A stretch of DNA of 64,000 bases from Eledone cirrhosa (GCA_964016885.1 OZ024746.1:98828001-98892000), one strand, 5' to 3'. Positions 10,690 to 24,311 are shown, numbered from the stretch's first letter. Notes: generated by a model from the letters alone, not told the origin. Numbers and translations are program-made.

Positions 10690-13012
10690 AACACTGCTGT
10701 AATGGTGGCGTTGTGGTATAGGTGACAGTGCTGTAATGGTGGTGTTGTGGTATTGGTGACAGTGCTGTAATGGTGGCGTTGTGGTATAGGTGACAGTGTT
10801 GTAATGGTGGTGTTGTGGTATTGGTGACAGTGCTGTAATGGTGGCATTGTGGTATTGGTGACAGTGCTGTAATGGTGGCGTTGTGGTATAGGTGACAGTG
10901 CTGTAATGGTGGTGTTGTGGTATTGGTGACAGTGCTGTAATGGTGGCGTTGTGGTATTGGTGACAGTGCTGTAATGGTGGCGTTGTGGTATAGGTGACAG
11001 TGCTGTAATGGTGGTGTTGTGGTATTGGTGACAGTGCTGTAATGGTGGCGTTGTCGTATTGGTGACAGTGTTGTTATGGTGGCGTTGTGGTATTGGTGAC
11101 AGTGCTGTAATGGTGGTGTTGTGGTATTGGTGACAGTGCTGTAATGGTGGCGTTGTGGTATTGGTGACAGTGTTGTAATGGTGGCGTTGTGGTATTGGTG
11201 ACAGTGTTGTAATGGTGGTGTTGTAGTTTAGGAGACAGTGTTGTAATGGTGGCATTGTGGTATTGGTGACAGTGTTGTAATGGTGGTGTTGTCGTATAGG
11301 TGACAGTGTTGTAATGGTGGTGTTGTGGTATTGGTGACAGTGTTGTAATGGTGGTGTTGTGGTATAGGTGACAGTGCTGTAATGGTGGTGTTGTGGTATT
11401 GGTGACAGTGTTGTAATGGTGGTGTTGTGGTATTGGATACAGTGTTGTAATGGTGGTGTTGTGGTATTGGTGACAGTGTTGTAATGGTGGCGTTGTGGTA
11501 TTGGTGACAGTATTGTAATGGTGGTGTTGTGGTATTGGAGGCAGTGTTGTAATGGTGGTGTTGTGGTATTGGTGACAGTGTTGTAATGGTGGTGTTGTCG
11601 TATAGGTGACAGTGTTGTAATGGTGGTGTTGTGGTATTGGTGACAGTGTTATAATGGTGGTGTTGTGGTATTGGTGACAGTGCTGTAATGGTGGTGTTGT
11701 GGTATTGGTGACAGTGCTGTAATGGTGGCGTTGTGGTATTGGTGACAGTGTTGTAATGGTGGCGTTGTGGTATTGGTGACAGTGTTGTAATGGTGGTGTT
11801 GTAGTTTAGGTGACAGTGTTGTAATGGTGGTGTTGTCGTATAGGTGACAGTGTTGTAATGGTGGTGTTGTGGTATTGGTGACAGTGTTGTAATGGTGGTG
11901 TTGTGGTATTGGTGACAGTGCTGTAATGGTGGTGTTGTGGTATTGGTGACAGTGTTGTAATGGTGGTGTTGTGGTGTTGGAGACAGTGTTGTAATGGTGG
12001 TGTTGTGGTATTGGTGACAGTGTTGTAATGGTGGTGTTGTGGTATTGGTGACAGTGTTGTAATGGTGGTGTTGTGGTATTGGTGACAGTGTTGTAATGGT
12101 GGTGTTGTGGTATTGGATACAGCGTTGTAATGGTGGTGGTGTGGTATTGGTGACAGTGTTGTAATGGTGGTGTTGTCGTATAGGTGACAGTCTTGTAATG
12201 GTGGTGTTGTGGTATTGGTGACAGCGTTGTAATGGTGGTGTTCTGGTATTGGTGACAGTGTTGTAATGGTTGTGTTGTGGTATTGGAGACAGTGTTGTAA
12301 TGGTGGTGTTGTGGTATTGGTGACAGTGTTGTAATGGTGGTGTTGTGGTATTGGTGACAGTGTTGTAATGGTGGTGTTGTGGTATTGGAGACAGTGTTGT
12401 AATGGTGGTGTTGTGGTATTGGATACAGCGTTGTAATGGTGGTGGTGTGGTATTGGTGACAGTGTTGTAATGGTGGTGTTGTTGTATAGGTGACAGTCTT
12501 GTAATGGTGGTGTTGTGGTATTGGTGACAGTGTTGTAATGGTGGTGTTGTGGTATTGGTGACAGTGTTGTAATGGTGGTGTTGTGGTATTGGAGACAGTG
12601 TTGTAATGGTGGTGTTGTGGTATTGGTGACAGTGTTGTAATGGTGGTGTTGTGGTATTGGTGACAGTGCTGTAATGGTGATGTTGTGGTATTGGATACAG
12701 TGTTGTAATGGTGGTGTTGTGGTATTGGTGACAGTGTTGTAATGGTGGTGTTGTGGTATTGGTGACAGTGTTGTAACGGTGGTGTTGTGGTATTGGATAC
12801 AGTGTTGTAATGGTGGTGTTGTGGTATTGGTGACAGTGTTGTAATGGTGGTGTTGTGGTATAGGTGACAGTGTTGTAATGGTGGTGTTGTGGTATTGGTG
12901 ACAGTGTTGTAATGGTGGTGTTGTGGTATAGGTGACAGTGCTGTAATGGTGGTGTTGTGGTATTGGATACAGTGTTGTAATGGTGGTGTTGTGGTATTGG
13001 AGACAGTGTTGT
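10690..13012. repeat. 34-bp GT-rich minisatellite, ~68 copies
   Basis: Unit gtaatggtggtgttgtggtattggtgacagtgtt. Confidence 0.97.
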
Positions 13013-13091
13013 CTTTGTTGTAATGTCACTGTTGTTATGTCATAGTTGTAATGTCACTGTTGTAATGGTGTTATTGTTGCAATGACTGGTG

Positions 13092-14340
13092 CAGTGCCAG
13101 ATTTAATGGAGGTCAATGGAAGCCATTGCCCCAGGGCCCCTGGTATGGGGAGATGTACCAGCAAAGACAATTGCCCCAGGCCCCCCTGGTGTGGGGAGAT
13201 GTACCAGCAAAGACAATTGCCCCAGGCCCCCTGGTGTGGGGGGATGTACCAGCAAAGACAAAATTGTCCCAGGCCCCCTGGTGTGGGGAGATGTACCAGC
13301 AAAGACAATTGCCCCAGGCCCCCCTGGTGTGGGGAGATGTACCAGCAAAGACAATTGCCCCAGGCCCCCTGGTATGGGGAGATGTACCAGCAAAGACAAT
13401 TGCCCCAGGCCCCCTGGTATGGGGAGATGTACCAGCAAAGACAATTGTCCCAGGCCCCCTGGTGTGGGGGGATATACCAGCAAAGACAATTGCCCAGGCC
13501 CCCTGGTGTGGGGAGATGTACCAGCAAAGACAATTGCCCCAGGCCCCCTGCCTAGTATGGGGAGATGTACCAGCAAAGACAATTGCCCCAGGCCCCCTGG
13601 TATGGGGAGATGTACCAGCAAAGACAATTGCCCCAGGCCCCCTGGTGTGGGGGGATGTACCAGCAAAGACAATTGCCCCAGGCCCCCCTGGTGTGGGGAG
13701 ATGTACCAGCAAAGACAATTGCCCCAGGCCCCCTGGTATGGGGAGATATACCAGCAAAGACAATTGCCCCAGGCCCCCTGGTGTGGGGGGATGTACCGGC
13801 AAAGACAATTTCCCCAGGCCCCCCTGGTATGGGGAGATGTACCAGCAAAGACAATTGCCCCAGGCCCCCTGGTATGGGGAGATGTACCAGCAAAGACAAT
13901 TGCCCCAGGCCCCCTGGTGTGGGGGGATGTACCAGCAAAGACAATTTCCCCAGGCCCCCCTGGTGTGGGGAGATGTACCAGCAAAGACAATTGCCCCAGG
14001 CCCCCTGGTATGGGGAGATATACCAGCAAAGACAATTGCCCCAGGCCCCCTGGTGTGGGGGGATGTACCGGCAAAGACAATTTCCCCAGGCCCCCCTGGT
14101 ATGGGGAGATGTACCAGCAAAGACAATTGCCCCAGGCCCCCTGGTGTGGGGGGATGTACCGGCAAAGACTGGACCAATTTATTTCTGCCCTCTTCTGTCC
14201 TTTTAATTTTTGGATGGTTAGAATTTTTCAATTCAATACCTGTCTGTATGCCTTTTCAATTCCAATTACTTTCACCAAGCTAACTATATGTAAAACTGGG
14301 GAGAAAGGGGTTGCTGTGTATTCTAATTTTTTTGTGTATG
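13092..14340. mobile_element. hAT-like non-autonomous element hosting a minisatellite
   Basis: Flanks (cagtgccagattt..., ggatggttagaattttt, gtgtattctaatttttt) match the reverse complement of 28059-28326. Confidence 0.65.
13124..14169. repeat. 45/46-bp GC-rich minisatellite, ~23 copies
   Basis: Unit caattgccccaggccccctggtgtggggagatgtaccagcaaaga. Confidence 0.97.
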
Positions 14341-14429
14341 ATTCTATCAGGACACCTGAATTTATTCAAACATTGATGACAATACAGGAAATCAATGAGA
14401 TCAATTGCAAAAAATTTTGGTGTGTGAGA

Positions 14430-15277
14430 AAAAACAATCAGAAATGTTGTGCATGAAGACATCAGATACAAATCTTACGTGATGAGGAGAGGTAAATTCA
14501 TGTCAGAAAAAAAAAAGAAAACCTTTTAATTAGATCCAAAAGACTTTTGAACAAACTTAAAAATCCATCAGAAGATGGTGTGATTTGGTTTTTCTCAGAT
14601 GAGAAAAACTTTGACCAGGACCAGAAAACTAACAGAAGAAATGACAGGTGGTTATGTGCAGACCCTTCTGAGGTTCCAAGAGTAATGTACAAAATATTTC
14701 CTGCAAGTGTCATGGTTTTGGGTGTTGTTAGCAATGAAGGACATGTGATGCCTCCTCACTTTTTTCCACAAGGCCTTAGGGTGAATGCTGCTGCGTATAT
14801 TGAGGTTCTGGATAAAGTTGTTAAGCCTTGGATCAACAGTGTATGCAATGGATGGTCTTATGTCTTTCAACAAGATTCTGCAACATCACACAAGGCTCAA
14901 ATGACAAGAATGGATGGCCAACAATTTGCATGATCACATCACCCCCAACATTTGGCCTCCTAATTCTCCATATCTCAATCCACTGGACTACTATGTATGG
15001 AGCATTGTTGAGAAAGCAACAAAGAATCTTTGAAAGCCACAATAGTTTGAGTCATGTCCGATATGAACAAGGACCACTTAATCCGAGCTTGTAAACGATT
15101 TCGACCCCGTGTAGAGGCAGTTATTGATGCTTGTGGTGGTTTTATTGAATGAAATTATTAAATTGATAATTTAGCTTTATGTTTCTGTTATTTTTATAAG
15201 AAAGCAGTTTTTTTCTGTTATTATATAAGCGTTTTTTTTAAACCATAAATCTGTCCTCAAATACGGTTTGCACCCTG
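14430..15277 (+). mobile_element. Tc1/mariner DD37D (maT) transposon, 5'-truncated pseudogene with right TIR
   Basis: FSDEKNF ... FQQDSA ... WPPNSPYLNPLDY; 37 residues between the 2nd and 3rd Asp after repairing one 2-nt deletion; ends caccctg-TA. Confidence 0.9.
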
Positions 15278-15509
15278 TATATGTATACATATGTATACAC
15301 ACACACACGTATATATATATAATGTCCCTCCCAGTTTCATTTCACATTATATACATGTCTGTGTATATTTTAATTAAGTGGTCTAGTGACATCTAGATTT
15401 GAACATAGAACTGCAATTAAAGTAAATCTCTTAGCAACCAGTTAATATTGTCAAAAGTTTTTTTTTTTTTTTTTTTACATCTATATTGTAATCATTTACT
15501 ACTTCAATT

Positions 15510-15632
15510 CAGTGGCTTAGGGGTTAGATTGTTTGGCTTGCAATCATGAGGTTGTGAATACTTTCACTACGTTAAATGCTGTGTCCTTGAGCAAGACATT
15601 TTATTTCACAATGCTCCAGTTCACTCAGCAAC
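15510..15632 (+). mobile_element. Family B SINE 5' fragment
   Basis: gtggcttagggg A-box; gtgtccttgagcaagacattttatttcaca core. Confidence 0.7.
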
Positions 15633-15819
15633 ATCATTGCTTCCAAGCTGTTATGGCTTAGACAACATTAGTGGCATAAAGAGGGGAGACTGGCAGGAAC
15701 AGGTGACAACTGGTTTTCACAAAAACCAACTTGCACAGGTTTAAGAGAGGAACTTTCTTGGTGCATAACTATGGTCAGCCATGCTTTTCTTCACAAACAG
15801 CCCTCAACATATTATAATC

Positions 15820-15821
<2 letters not shown>

Positions 15822-15851
<30 letters not shown>

Positions 15852-16345
15852 CTTCTTCTTCTTCTTCTTCTTCGTCACCCACTTATTCCTGAGAGGGTCG
15901 TGGTGGCAGAGTCCTCAAACACTCCTTCCAGTGGGTCCTGTCAGAAGCAACCATCTCCAACTGATCCAGCTGGATCCCCAAGTGAGACCATCCAAGCTCA
16001 TGGATGTTATTCAACCATCTTGCTTGGGGTCTAACCCTGGGTCTCCTGCTGGTTGGTTTTACCTATAAAATCTGTCCAGGGATTCTTTCCTGAGATATTC
16101 TAACCACATACTCATTGGCTCTATCTGGAGTGACTCTCTGTCTCCAGCTAACCACTCTACTGAGTAACATTACTCCAAAGATCCTGCGGAGGAACTTCAT
16201 TTTGGCTGCTTGTATTTGCAATCGTATTCTTTCACTCATTACCCAAGATTCATGAACATAGTTAAAGATTGGCATGAATACTGAATTGAAGATAGCATGT
16301 TTGGCTTTCACACCTACCTCCTTTCTGATTACTGAATGCTGACAT
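15822..16345 (-). mobile_element. RTE-clade LINE 3' fragment with (GAA)n tail
   Basis: FMPIFNYVHESWVMSERIRLQIQAAKMKFLRRI; (CTT)17 on plus strand. Confidence 0.85.
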
Positions 16346-16382
16346 TTGTAAGTTAGAAATGAATATATTAGTTGCTTTACAA

Positions 16383-16515
16383 ATTGGCAGAAGTGTTAGA
16401 TCCTTGGATAGAATGCCTTACAATATTTATTCCAGTTCTTTGTGTTCTGAGTTCAAATCAAGACAATGTCAATTTTGCCTTTCATCTTTCCAGGGTCAAT
16501 ACATAAAGTATGAGT
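16383..16515 (+). mobile_element. Diverged family A-like SINE
   Basis: ttggcagaagtg, ctgagttcaaatc, gcctttcatctttccagggtcaata. Confidence 0.65.
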
Positions 16516-16690
16516 CTAGGGGAGTGAAATGGTAGGGCATTGAATAAGATGTCTTGCCTGTCTCCCTTACCATCCTCCAGGGACGCCCTCTCTACTCTAG
16601 TGTGAACATATTTAATTCATAAAGCATGAAAAAGCTAAATAGCGATAATTATAATACACCATATTGTGACTAATATTATTTTACTTACTT

Positions 16691-16744
16691 CAGCAGCAGC
16701 AGTGGCAGCAGCAGTAGCAGCAGCGGCAGCAGCAACAACAACAA

Positions 16745-16812
<68 letters not shown>

Positions 16813-16878
16813 GCAACAGCAACAGCAGCAGCAAGCAACAGAAACAACAACAGCAGCACCACCACCACCACCAACAGC

Positions 16879-16909
<31 letters not shown>

Positions 16910-17428
16910 CCACCACCACCACCAACAACAACAACACCAACACCACCACCACAACCAACAACACCAACACCACCACCACCAACAACAACAACACCAACAC
17001 CACCAACAACAACACCAACACCACCACCACCACCACCACCACCAACAACAACAACACCACCACCACCAACAGCAACAACACCAACAACACCACCACCACA
17101 AACAACAACAACAACACCACCAACAACAACAACACCAACACCACCACCACCACCACCAACAACAACAACACCACCAACAACAACACCAACATCACCACCA
17201 CCACCAACAACAACTACAACAACACCACCAACAACAACAACACCAACAGCACCACCACCAACAACAACAACAACACCACCAACAACACCAACACCACCAC
17301 CACCAACAACAACTACAACACCACCACCACCAACAACAACACCTCCACCACCACCAACAACAACAACACCACCACCACAAACAACACCAACACCACCACC
17401 ACCAACAACAACACCACCACCACCACCG

Positions 17429-17503
<75 letters not shown>

Positions 17504-17523
17504 CCACCACCACCACCACCACT

Positions 17524-17587
<64 letters not shown>

Positions 17588-17938
17588 CTGCCACCACCAC
17601 CAACAACAACACCACCGCCACCGCCACCAACAACACCACCACCACCACCACAACCACCACCACTACTAACAACAACAACAACACCACCACCACCACCAAC
17701 AACAACACCACCACCAACAACAACACCACCACCACTACCGCCACCACCACCAACAACAACACCACCACCACCACCACCACTACTAACAACAACAACACCA
17801 CCACCACCACCACCACCACCACCACCACCACCACCACCACCACCACCACCACCACTAACAACAACAACACCACCACCACCACCACCACCACCACCACCAC
17901 CACCACCACCACCAACAATAACAACAACAACAAAAACA
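16691..17938. repeat. Compound trinucleotide microsatellite (CAG/CAA/CAC)
   Basis: Direct reading; explains the poly-T/N/V ORFs. Confidence 0.97.
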
Positions 17939-18663
17939 ATCTTTTGATATCTTTTCTGGAGCTGAATACTTCTGCTAATTTGTCATTGGTGATGAAAGAG
18001 GAAAATATAACTCTTTAGATTGGTGACATTTGATAAGTGAGCTTTCTGGTCTTCATCAAACAGGTTCTGTTATGAAAACAAACTAAACAAAACAATTATG
18101 GAATCATAGGGAATTTCTGGATTACAAGAAATTCAAGAAGGCCACTTCAGTTATGGATAAAAAAAAAAGTAGTTGACATATAAGAATATCTCAGCAAAAA
18201 GAAGAGTGTTTGTCCATTCCATATATTCCATATATTTGCAGAAAGGTATCTGTTGTTGTTGAGAAGAGTAAGACTGTATTTTGTTACAAAGTATTACATC
18301 ATCTCACTTCTTCTCAGGCTGGCCTTTCGATGTTTATGAATTATGTTGTTAGCATGTGGAGCAGGTCTTTACTTTAGGGATACATTCTTCCCTCCCTTGG
18401 AAGCTCTGAAAAGGGTCATGGGGACTGCTCTTCTTCCTGACTAAGTTCTAACAAGTCTGGTTGATGAAAGAAGATATCCTCTTCTTATCCAAAACTTTGA
18501 GTCATCGGCAGTTGACAATATTGAAATAGAAATTTTGAGAAGCTAGACCAGCTACACGTTATTAGTAGCTCTAATACTGTGTGATTTAGAATAAAAGCAT
18601 ATAAGGACCCATATACAACTTGTTTATGTATACTAAACATACATTGAGTCTTACTATGAGTAT

Positions 18664-19284
18664 TTAACCATTCACATTATTTTATATATACGGTGGATTG
18701 GCAGTATCGGTAGAGAGTTGGACGCCATGCTTTCCAGCATTGAGTTACAGCCCTTTCCATTCTGAGTTCAAATCCCGCCGAGGTCAATTTTGCCTTTCAT
18801 CCTTACGGGGTCGATAAAATAAAGTACCAGTAATGTACTGGGATAATTGCTGGCCTTGTGCCTAAAATAGAAACAATTATTTTATATATACGGTGAATTG
18901 GCAGTATCGGTAGAGGGTCGGACGCCATGCTTTGCAACATAGAGTTACGCCCCTTTACGTTCTGAGTTCAAATCCCGCCAAGGTTAACTTTGCCTTTCAT
19001 CCTTACGGGGTTGATAAAATAAAGTACCAGTAATACACTGGGATAATTGCTGGCCTTCTGCCAAATGTAGAAACAATTATTTTATATATACTATTATATT
19101 TCCACGGTAAATGCTTTACCTCACATAATTATCTCACATAATATCGAGTCTATGAGATTTTGAAAGTATTTATTTTGAGAACAATACCTTAACATCAGTA
19201 TGAGTGACCAGTTACAGCCAGTTTCAACAGAAAGAGGTGGAGAATTCTGGCAGGTTTTGGCTGGTTTGAACACTAAAGGGTTAA
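18664..19284. mobile_element. Family P MITE carrying two nested SINEs
   Basis: ttaacc...acattattttatatatac left part; body resumes at 19092 and ends ctAAAGGGTTAA. Confidence 0.85.
18692..19075 (+). mobile_element. Head-to-tail pair of full-length family A SINEs
   Basis: 200-bp period; attattttatatatac present three times (18676, 18876, 19076). Confidence 0.92.
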
Positions 19285-19352
19285 GGTATGATTATATTAT
19301 AGCTATTTTAGCAACCAGGGAAAGAGTGGTAGATGCATTTCACTATATTTAC

Positions 19353-19778
19353 TCATCATCACTACCATCATCATCACCAGCATAACCATCATCATCACCA
19401 TCATCATCACCAGCATCACCATCATCATCACCATCATCACCATCACCATCATCACCATCATCACCATCATCACCATCATCACCATCATCACCACCATCAC
19501 CATCATCATCATCATCACCATCATCACCATCACCATCACCATCACCATCATCACCATCATCACCATCATCACCATCATCATCACCATCATCACCATCACC
19601 ATCATCATCACCATCATCACCATCACCATCATCAACACCATCACCACCATCATCATCCTCCTCCTCACCATCACCATCACCATCACCATCATCACCATCA
19701 GCATCATCATCATCACCATCATCATCACCATCATCATCATCATCACCATCCTCACCATCACCATCCTCACCATCACCA
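19353..19778. repeat. (CAT/CAC)n microsatellite
   Basis: Direct reading. Confidence 0.97.
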
Positions 19779-19829
19779 TGTGGGATCAGACATGGAACCA
19801 TGTTATTGCAAAGCAAACTTTTTAACCAG

Positions 19830-21530
19830 CCAGTCATGAGATCACTTCCAGCCTGGCTGCACATGTCAATCCTACTCATGTAAATAATGAACAGGAAAGT
19901 TGACAGTATGTACTCTTGGCTGAGTCTGACTCCCACATTGAATGGTTTTGATTTAGCACAATTTATCTAAACACAAATACTTGGGCATTCATATAGAGAC
20001 ATCAGGGCAGCAAGGAGCTGACATTCAAACCCATACTCCTGCACAGCCTTTCATAGAAGGTCATATGCCTTCTTAAGGTCGACAAATTTTGGTAATACTC
20101 CCACATTTTCTCGAATACCTGCTGCAGTGTGAATATTTGGTCAGCTATGCTGCATCCGGGGTGAAAACCACACTGTTCATCAGCTAGCTTGGACTCAACA
20201 ATCTCCCTACATCTCTTTGCTAGACACTTAGCATAGACTTTACTGGGGAGGCTTAACAAGGAGATCCCTCTGTAAGTGTAACAGTCTCTCTAGTCTCCCT
20301 TTATGAAAATTGGGATTATCACTCCTGATTGCCATTGCTTAGGTGCCTTTCCAGAGATCCAGGCCACCCGGCACACACGAGTCAGCCAGAGGACACCTTC
20401 TCTATTTAAGGCTTTTAACATCTTGGACTGGATTTCATCTTTCCCAGTGGCTTTGTCACATTTGAGCTCTTTAACTGCCCTTGTGACCTCAACCTCTGAG
20501 AGATTAATCACTGCTCCAAGATGCACCCCATGTAGATCCGAAGATGCTGTTGTGATCAGGTTTAGGAGATCAGCAAAGTATTCTCTCCACCTCATGAGGA
20601 GGCACCTCTCGGAAGAGAAGAGAACCCCAGATGCGTTCTTGATAGCAGGTGTGGTGGAAGATTTCTTATTACGAAGTCGGTGGATGGTCTGCCAGAACAC
20701 TTTATTTGCTAATCTGGTCAGATTCCAGCTTAACCCCAGAGTACTCCCATGTCTTAACTTTGGACACTTTTACTGTCTCTGCTGCGATTTTTCATACCGC
20801 AAGTGCAAGGAGGACTTATTTCTAAGCCAAGCTTTGTAAGCCTCCTTCTTTGCTCAGATAACATCTTTGACCTCTTAAACGAACCAAGAGGTCCTCCTGC
20901 CATCTGGTGCCACACCATGTCTCTTTCATCTGCAGCATTTAACAGCTGAAGCAGAAACTCCTGCCCTGAACAATCTCCACTCTGTCTCAACATCCCCAGT
21001 TTGCTCAGGGAGTTCTCTGATTTGGATGCAATAGTATCTGCATATCCACCAATGCTTCCCACTTTATCCTGTAGGTCACCTTGGACCTGCCAGTTTTGTG
21101 GGCCTCTTTGGCTTTAGGTAGTCTCAAGTTGCAGATAACTAGATGGTGATCAGTTGACAGCTCAGCCCCTTTCTTAACATGAATATCCAGCACAGAATCA
21201 AAGAGATCGGAGACAGTAACAAAATCAATTATTGATCTCTGTCCCTGATTCTCCTTATACCATGTATATTTATGGATATCTCTACTGGAAGAGGGTGTTC
21301 ATAATAGAGAGTCCATTGCTAAGACAGAAGTCTAGTAGGCCTCTCCATTCATATTTAGATCGGGGTCACCGTTCCTTCCAATCACTCCTTTACATGTCAA
21401 GTCGTCAGTGCCAACATGTGCACTGAAGTTTCCCATCAGGATATATGACTCAGTCTTAACTACATCTAACACTGCAATGACTCCCTTTTGTTCTAGCGGT
21501 GGCAGAGAGAAACTATCAACAGTATTGTTT
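19830..21530 (-). mobile_element. RTE-clade LINE (Expander/Rex3-like), endonuclease to RT, degraded
   Basis: ELSTDHHLV, FWQTIHRLR, KATGKDEI, WQSGVIIPIFIKGD, LSLPSKVY, EQCGF..DQIFTL. Confidence 0.9.
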
Positions 21531-21604
21531 CTGGGTTATTGTCCTTTGTCAATATTTCTGTGTTATTCTTCTTGTGATGCTAAACTCCGCCAGTTGCAGA
21601 CTGC

Positions 21605-22040
21605 ACATCAACATGAGACATCTCTCTCCACAAAGTTTGATCACCAGCAGCAGAGGTCAAAGAGCAAAGATCAAGTCAAGTCCATAAGTCGACATTATCA
21701 AGCCATCGTTTTGGCTGCCGGCCTCTGCTTCTCTTACCAGCCAACCTTCCTTCCAGGCATAACCTACTCACACCACAAGTTGATCTTTTTATATGACCGT
21801 ATAGTTTGAGTACTCTTGACTTGACAATTGATGTAAATGGTCTAAGTCTGGTAATATTGAGCAGCTCACTGATACAGATACGGTCGCTGAACTGCTTGCT
21901 AGTCATAAGTCTCATGATGTGGTTCTGGATTGTAGAGAACTTCTGAAGTGACCTTGCTGTCCAATTAACACAGTCCAGACCATATAACACAACTGGTAGG
22001 ATGTAAGTATCAAAAATCTTAGCCTTCAAATGATAGGAAA
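21605..22040 (-). mobile_element. RTE-like LINE 3' end fragment (different family)
   Basis: YILPVVLYG, VLKLYGHIKR, GKRSRGRQPKRWLDNV. Confidence 0.85.
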
Positions 22041-22249
22041 CTCTGTGTTATTATGTATTCCCAAACATTAGGATGAATTACATTTCTAAAATTAGCTGCT
22101 GTCTTCAGTTAGATACAACCTGTTTAGCGAACTAACTAGTATAAGCTTTATTAAGTAGAATTAATGTCATTTAGTTTTACACTGCTGTACAACTTACAAT
22201 TTGAGGTGGACCTTTGAACTGTTAATCTATTTTCTTAGATCATAAATGA

Positions 22250-22790
22250 TAGTAATTCTTTATTATTCACAGTTGTATAAATAACATTACAAATATACAC
22301 AAAGTTGGCTTAAAAACCATTGATGACTACATAAGTATGAACAAGAAAGATAAAAGCAAAATTAAGTAATGAGAAAATGGGGAAGGGGTAAAGAAGGGCA
22401 GATCTGTCTGTATGGGAAAGTAGAGGAAAGATCTATAAATGTCATGAATGAGAAGAAAGGGTGGGAAAAAAGAACTCTCGTGCCACAGAAGAAAAGGAGG
22501 GGGGGAGGGGGGGATGAGCTCTGGTCATTGTTGACAGACTTGCAAGCTATCTTGGCTTCAAGTCATAGGAAGACATTGCCCACCGCAATAGGGCAGACAA
22601 CTCCATTCTCCCTCAGGGCAGAGAAGGAAAGATCACGGGCATGGCAGGGCAAATTGGTATAGAGGAGACAGTTGGTGAGGAGGAGACAGTTGGTGAGGAG
22701 GAGACAGTTGGTATGGAGGAGACAGTTGGTGAGGAGGAGACAGTTGGTATGGAGGAGACAGTTGGTGAGGGCTGCTATTGAGAATACTTT
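22250..22790 (-). mobile_element. CRE-clade retrotransposon, internally deleted; contains a short ~20-bp minisatellite (22661-22770)
   Basis: ENGVVCPIAVGNVF RT-like motif joined to a 3' UTR matching 27600-27755; ends aataaagaa. Confidence 0.65.
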
Positions 22791-22816
22791 GAATATGTAA
22801 TGGTGATTCTATATTA

Positions 22817-22983
22817 CTGTATTGCCCGATGTCGAAAACGCTACTTTTTCTCCAAAAATAAGTCTCAAAAGTCTACCATGCGTCTTGGAGGCCAAAGATT
22901 GTTTATTTTTTTTTCAAATTTTTGGTTGTCAAAATTAGGATGCGTCCCTGAGGACGAAGCATCTTCAATGCTGGGAAATACGG
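22817..22983. mobile_element. MITE, same family as 37-204
   Basis: Colinear match along the full length; TA flanks. Confidence 0.85.
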
Positions 22984-23011
22984 TACATATTGAATTTTTA
23001 CAATTATATAA

Positions 23012-23489
23012 TTTAACGCTTTTGATACCAAACCATCTGAAACCATTCCTGGTTCTACAAAACTATATATTATAAGTGGTTAAATTTATCTAGAAAAATT
23101 TCTACCATGATTCTAAGTAAGAGCATTCGTTAATTTATGTTCCAACACCAAAGAAAGAAATAATTAGAAAGTTAGTTATGTTATTAACCCTTTAGCATTT
23201 AAACCGGCTGTATCCATCCAGAATATTTTCCCTTTTTGAAACCAGCCATAACCGGCAGCTCACAGGCATTAAGATATCGTTCTTAAAATAAACAATAAGA
23301 TCATCAAAATCTCGTATACTTGAGATTATGTGAGATAATTATGTGAGATAAAGCCTTTACCTTGAATATACAATAGTATATATAGAGTAATGTAAATGCT
23401 AAAATCCCTTCAATTTTTTTTATTATTTTCAAAATTATTTGAAAATCAGGCAGTGTCTTTCATTAGAAATATAAAAATGAATGGGTTAA
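23012..23489. mobile_element. Second TTAA MITE family with a nested family P copy (23184-23403)
   Basis: ttaacgctttt ... aatgggttaa outer ends; inner ttaaccctttagcatttaaaccgg...gtaaatgctaaa. Confidence 0.6.
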
Positions 23490-23809
23490 ATCACAGGATC
23501 AAGAAATACCTCCAGGGTATAGTATTAGCTTAAAAAGGTCAGCTAAAAGTGAGCAGCACAAAAGGATAACCTGAAGAAATCTGGTTAAAGGAATCAACTC
23601 AATGAGTGTAATTCAAGAAAATTAGTTTAAAGTACCCAACTTAAAATAAACTACAAACATTTCAAAGATGAAAAACTGAACGATTTGTGCAGTTTAAAAG
23701 AATTTACTAAAATCTTGCCTGACACCAATTTCATGTTAGTCATTGTACATTTAGTACTGAATAATTTCCCCATTCACTGTTTACTTTACACAAAAGTTGG
23801 ATGTTTCTT

Positions 23810-24046
23810 TACCCTTTAGTATTTACATTACTCTATTACATTATTCTATATTTACTATTGTATTTTTGTGGTAAAGCTTTATCTCACACAATTATCTCAC
23901 ATAATATCAAATCAACGAGATTTTGATGTTATTTATTTTGAGAACAATACCTTAACGTCAGTATGAGCAGCCAGTTACAGCTGGTTTGAACAGAAAGAGG
24001 TGAGAAATGTTGCTGTATATGGTTGGTTTAAATGCTAAAGGGTTAA
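23810..24046. mobile_element. Family P MITE
   Basis: ccctttagtatttacattac ... gctAAAGGGTTAA; local duplication ttacattactcta/ttacattattcta. Confidence 0.88.
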
Positions 24047-24311
24047 ACAAATCAATTTTTTGTTACAACATGAGCGATTTGAGGGTGATTTGGGCTGTTG
24101 TTTCAGGCAAGTTGAATAACCACATAGCTGTTCCCTCCTTGTTTTGAGAGAAAGTAGCTTTTAGTAGTAATGTTTCATATGTTGGTTGTTACTACTTTAA
24201 TGGTTGTTGTTGTTGTTGTGTTGTGTTGATTGTTGTGGTTGTTGTGTTGTAGTGTGTTGTACATGTGACCATAGTTTTATATTCATCTCTTATTCTTGCG
24301 TCATCAACATA

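Noticed and set aside
10674-14456. Thr/His/Pro-rich and Pro/Gly/Cys-rich ORFs
   Set aside because: Translations of 34-bp and 45/46-bp minisatellites cycling through frames
16635-19936. Poly-T/N, poly-H and poly-D/G ORFs
   Set aside because: Trinucleotide microsatellites
22075-22110. CTGAAGA...GAAA hammerhead-like motif on minus strand
   Set aside because: No stem I or stem II pairing
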